A stretch of DNA of 26,594 nt from contig NW_021834729.1 in the NCBI RefSeq assembly GCF_006345805.1, forward strand, positions 1-26,594, given 5' to 3'. The stretch is from Octopus sinensis (Eukaryota). Each line of letters starts with the position of its first letter. The stretch's first letter is position 1. The notes beneath the pieces are model-generated. The model saw nothing but the letters and a program-made list of their open reading frames with translations, did not search any database and was not told where the DNA came from. Positions 22,409 through 26,594 of this stretch are shown piece after piece. Made by a program: the position numbers and the translations under genes.

Positions 22409-22439
22409 AGACACACACAATGAACGATTTCGACTTGAT

Positions 22440-22631
22440 GCAGAAGACCAGAAATTTGGGGTGAACGGTCATCGTCGGCGTTCGTGCACAACTGATAATT
22501 TCTTTTATCGACCTCGAAAGGATGTTAGGCAAAGTTGACCTCGGTGGAATTTGAACTCGGAATGTCAAGCCGGAAGAAATGTCGTTAAGCGTTTTGTGCA
22601 ACGTGCTAACGATTCTGCCAGATCGCCGCTT
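22440..22631 (-). mobile_element. SINE-A with second tail type, degenerate
   Basis: TTTTATCGACCTCGAAAGGATG...GGAATTTGAACTCGG...CTAACGATTCTGCCAGATCGCCGC. Confidence 0.85.
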
Positions 22632-22740
22632 TCAAACAGACCCACCCGCAACACACACTTTCTCTTTCTGTCACTTTCTCACACACGCACACACACTCTC
22701 TGATGCACACACACACACACGTACACGTTTTCTCTTTCTC

Positions 22741-22789
<49 letters not shown>

Positions 22790-22981
22790 TTCTCTCATAT
22801 TATTTATTTGCTTGCTAAACTAAATCAGAAACCAATTGGTCCAGGAAACTTGATGGTAAAATGTTTTTATTTTTTCATTTCGTTCCTGTCAAATTTTTCC
22901 CCTAATTTTTGTGGTTATGGAACCTAACTGTTCTTTCTACGTGTTGAATTCCACCTGTGGATTCCCTATGTGTTTAAATGT

Positions 22982-23035
<54 letters not shown>

Positions 23036-23719
23036 ATATATATATATGCCATAGAACCTCCCCAAACTAGGTACCAATATTTAAGCATTGTCTAAGTCTA
23101 GTTATGTTACCAATGAAAAAAAACAAACAATACCAAAGTGAGCGCTCATAAACTATTAACCTGTAAACACTTTCCACTTCACAAGAACGAAGGACAACCT
23201 AGAATAACAAAGACTAAGATATAAGAAATTCTCAATCGAACATAACGTATGTACATCCACATCATCTGTTGCCCAATCGGTGAAGAATGGTGTGTATGAA
23301 TTCGGCCTAATGTATTATATTGTAACCCAGTATATGATTTCAGGTACTTATTTCATACATCATGCTGGGGAAACAATATAGTTAATCCATCTCGTTGAGA
23401 CTTATAAATTCAGAAATGAAGAGCCATAAGAACATGCTGTATTAATACATGCAGTGGAACGCTTCAATTGTTTCTTACTGGTATGAACTTAATACCCGAA
23501 ACTCCCGTCCGTTCCCCAGCCATCTCCCATCCCTTGCCCTTATACTAATAGAAACTAAGTCACCTTTTACTAATTTATGTGCATTTTTATACAATAAGTA
23601 ATTATCTTCATCAACAGTTTTAAGTTAATTACTAATATAAAATTGTTTATTTTTCCATTTAGCTTTTGGTTTCCATAATGATTTTGTAATTACTAAGAAG
23701 ACGAGAATCATATTGATTT

Positions 23720-24790
23720 TCTCGGTGGATCTCTCTCTCTCTCTCTCTGTTTCTCTTTCCTCTCTCTTTCACTCTATATCTCTTTCGCTGTCCCTCTCTC
23801 TCTCTGTCTGTGTTTCTTTTTCACTTTCTTTCCCTCTATATCTCTTTCGCTGTCCCTCCCCCCCTCTCTCTCTCTCTCTGTTTCTTTTTCACTTTCTTTC
23901 ACTCTATATCTCTTTCGCTGTCCCTCCCTCTCTCTCTCTCTCTCTGTTTCTTTTTCACTTTCTTTCACTCTATATCTCTTTCGCTGTCCCTATCTGTCTC
24001 TCTCTCTCTGTTTCCTTTTCCTCCTCTTTCACTGTATATCTCTTTCACTGTCCCCCCTCTCTCTCACTGTGTGTTCCTATTTCCTTCTCTTTCACTCGAT
24101 ATCTCTTTCACTGTCCCTGTCTCTCTCTCTGTTTCTCTCTGTTTTTCTTTCTCTCTCTTTTACTCTATATCTCTTTCGCTGTCTCTGTCTGTCTGTCTCT
24201 CTCTCACTTTGTCTTTATTTCTTTCTCTTTTTCTCTTTCACACACTCTTTCTCTCTTTCTCTCTATCCTTTTTATTTTTATCTGTCTCGCTTTCTCGCTT
24301 TTTTTCTTTCTGACTCCTCTCTCTTTCCCTCTTCCCACCCCCTCTCTCTATTCCTTTCTTTCTCTCACTTTCTCTTTATTTCTCTTTCTCTATCAACTCT
24401 TTCTTTCTCTCTGTTTTCTCTCTCCTCTCTCCATCTCGCTCTATTTCTCCCTTTCTAGCTCTCTTTCCTGCCCTTACTCTCTCTCACTTTGCTTCTCCCT
24501 CTTCCTCTCTTTCTTTCTGTCTGCTTGTTTCTCTCTCTCTCTCTCTTTCTCTCTACCTGCCTGTTTGTCTCTCTCTTTGATTCACTCTTTCCTTCTCTTT
24601 TGTTTTCTCCTCTCTTTCCACTTCCCTTTCTCTTTCCCTTCTTCCTCTCTTCCTCTCTTTCTGTCTGCCTGTCTGTCTCTCTCTTTGATTCACTCTTTCC
24701 TCCTCTTTGTTTCCTCCTCTCTTTCCACCTCCCTTTCTCTCTCCATTCTCTCTCCTCTCTTCCCCCTCCTCGCTCCTCCCTCTCCCTCTT
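23720..24790. repeat. Pyrimidine-rich tract of about 1.07 kb, containing a ~65-bp degenerate minisatellite (7 copies) and a ~110-bp duplication
   Basis: CTATATCTCTTTC(G/A)CTGTC recurs at about 23770, 23833, 23900, 23966, 24030, 24092 and 24161. TTTGATTCACTCTTTCC occurs twice (about 24576 and 24685). Confidence 0.9.
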
Positions 24791-25044
24791 TTCACAACGA
24801 AATAATTGCTCTTTTGTTATTGCTCTCCTCTTCGACAATGCGATCAATCGAGATGAGAGACCCGTATTCTCCGATGACAATATCTACCTATAATTATCTC
24901 AGAGATACTTAGCTTCATCTCACCACTACCTGAGAATTATGAACAGCTATCATATTTTTTCCCCTTAATTATTCATTTTAATTAATATTTTAAATTAGAA
25001 TTCATCATTTGTTCCACTGGAGACTACGTTGCGGGGGAAAAACA

Positions 25045-25074
25045 GTTTGACCTTGTGTCAACTTTGTGTGTATG

Positions 25075-25108
<34 letters not shown>

Positions 25109-25419
25109 TGTATGTATGTATGTATGTATGTATGTATGTATGTGTGTGTATGTATGTATGTATGTATGTATGTATGTATGTATGTATGTATGTATGCATG
25201 TATAGCGGTATGTATACCTCTATGTATGCATATGTCTGTGAGTATGTGTGCGTATGTATGGTGTGTGTATGTACACGTATTCATTAAGTTTTATGTAAGA
25301 AGAGTATATATGTATGTAATCTATCTATCTATCTATCTATCTGTCTGTGTTTTTGTTTGTCTATCTATCTATCTATCTATCTATCATAACATATATTATA
25401 TATACATGTATATTATATA

Positions 25420-25490
<71 letters not shown>
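25045..25490. repeat. (TATG)n, (TATC)n and (TA)n microsatellites
   Basis: Direct reading of the sequence. Confidence 0.95.
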
Positions 25491-25492
<2 letters not shown>

Positions 25493-25589
25493 GTTTTCAA
25501 TACGACAAGCCACGTCACCCCGTATGTGCACCCTGGGTGAATTTGTAACCACCTGTAGATACCCTGCAACTGTCCAGAGTTCTAGTATT

Positions 25590-25870
25590 AGTCTTTTGTC
25601 TTTTGTCTTTCATGTTTTACGTGTCTCAGTCATTAAACTGCGGCCATGCTGGGGCACCGGCTTCAATGGTTTAATCGTACAAATCTACTTAAATACTAAT
25701 CTTTTTGCTTTTTTTCTCCCTTGAGCTGGGCAGTTATCTTGTCGGTTTCTCTTTGTAGAACCGCAAAGTCATGGGGACGTAAACAAACCAATATCGTCTG
25801 TCAAGCAGTGGTGGGGGACAAACACAAAGACGCACACGTACGCGCACATATACATGTATATGCGTATGTA

Positions 25871-25948
<78 letters not shown>

Positions 25949-25953
25949 CCTAC

Positions 25954-26017
<64 letters not shown>

Positions 26018-26043
26018 TATCTACCTACCTACCTACCTACCTA

Positions 26044-26081
<38 letters not shown>

Positions 26082-26286
26082 ATATATATATATTATATAT
26101 ATATGTATATATGTTGTATACATGACAAGGTTCTTTTAGTTTCCGTCTACCAAATTCACTCACAAGGAATTGGTCGATCCGGTGTCAGAATAGATGGTAC
26201 TTGCTCAAGACGCCACGTAGTGGGACTGAACCTGGAACTATGTGGTTGAGAAAGAAGCGTCTTACCACATAGCCATGCCTGCGCCA
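25590..26286 (-). mobile_element. SINE-B with an expanded internal microsatellite of about 290 bp
   Basis: Tail and body at 25590-25830, (TATC)/(CT)/(TA) tract at 25830-26120, head at 26120-26286. Confidence 0.85.
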
Positions 26287-26474
26287 ATAGCCACGCTGCG
26301 CCAATAGCCACGCTGCGCCAATAGCCACGCTGCGCCAATAGCCACGCTGCGCCAATAGCCACGCTGCGCCAATAGCCACGCTGCGCCAATAGCCACGCTG
26401 CGCCAATAGCCACGCTGCGCCAATAGCCACGCTGCGCCAATAGCCATGCCTGCGCCAATAGCCACGCTGCGCCC
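26269..26474. repeat. 17/18-bp minisatellite, 12 units
   Basis: ATAGCCATGCCTGCGCCA (18 bp) at 26269 and 26440; ATAGCCACGCTGCGCCA (17 bp) nine times between them and once after (last base C). Confidence 0.97.
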
Positions 26475-26594
26475 ATTTTGTTTTTCTTGTTTCAGAGAAA
26501 ACGTATTTTAAAAGTGCCTGGTCATTGTAATAACTCATCGGGCGGATACGGCGTTATAAAACGTGTTTCCTTGATAGGCGAGAGGACAATGTGT

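Noticed and set aside
23713-24912. 399-aa Leu/Ser/Phe-rich ORF
   Set aside because: A pyrimidine tract cannot readily encode stop codons; low complexity only.

Overview
Eukaryotic, AT-rich, repeat-saturated non-coding DNA. I infer a cephalopod (octopod) genome from three recurrent tRNA-derived SINE families that I recognise as typical of Octopus; this is from memory, not a database search. I call them SINE-A, SINE-B and SINE-C. I can support no host protein-coding exon, rRNA, tRNA or CRISPR array. Almost all long ORFs in the supplied track are read-throughs of microsatellites or low-complexity DNA. The window looks like an intron or intergenic region built from SINEs, decayed LINEs (RTE, CR1/L2-like), Penelope-like remnants, MITEs and very long microsatellites. 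The notable structures are: (1) SINE-A organised as head + (184-bp unit)n + terminal unit with a different tail; (2) four decayed minimal hammerhead-ribozyme-like motifs; (3) a palindromic TTAA-flanked MITE carrying a nested 144-bp spacerless palindrome; (4) an inverted local duplication inserted into a SINE; (5) a minisatellite amplified from a SINE 5' end; (6) a MITE whose 30-bp terminal repeat recurs about 4.1 kb upstream. Element boundaries are approximate unless exact motifs are quoted.
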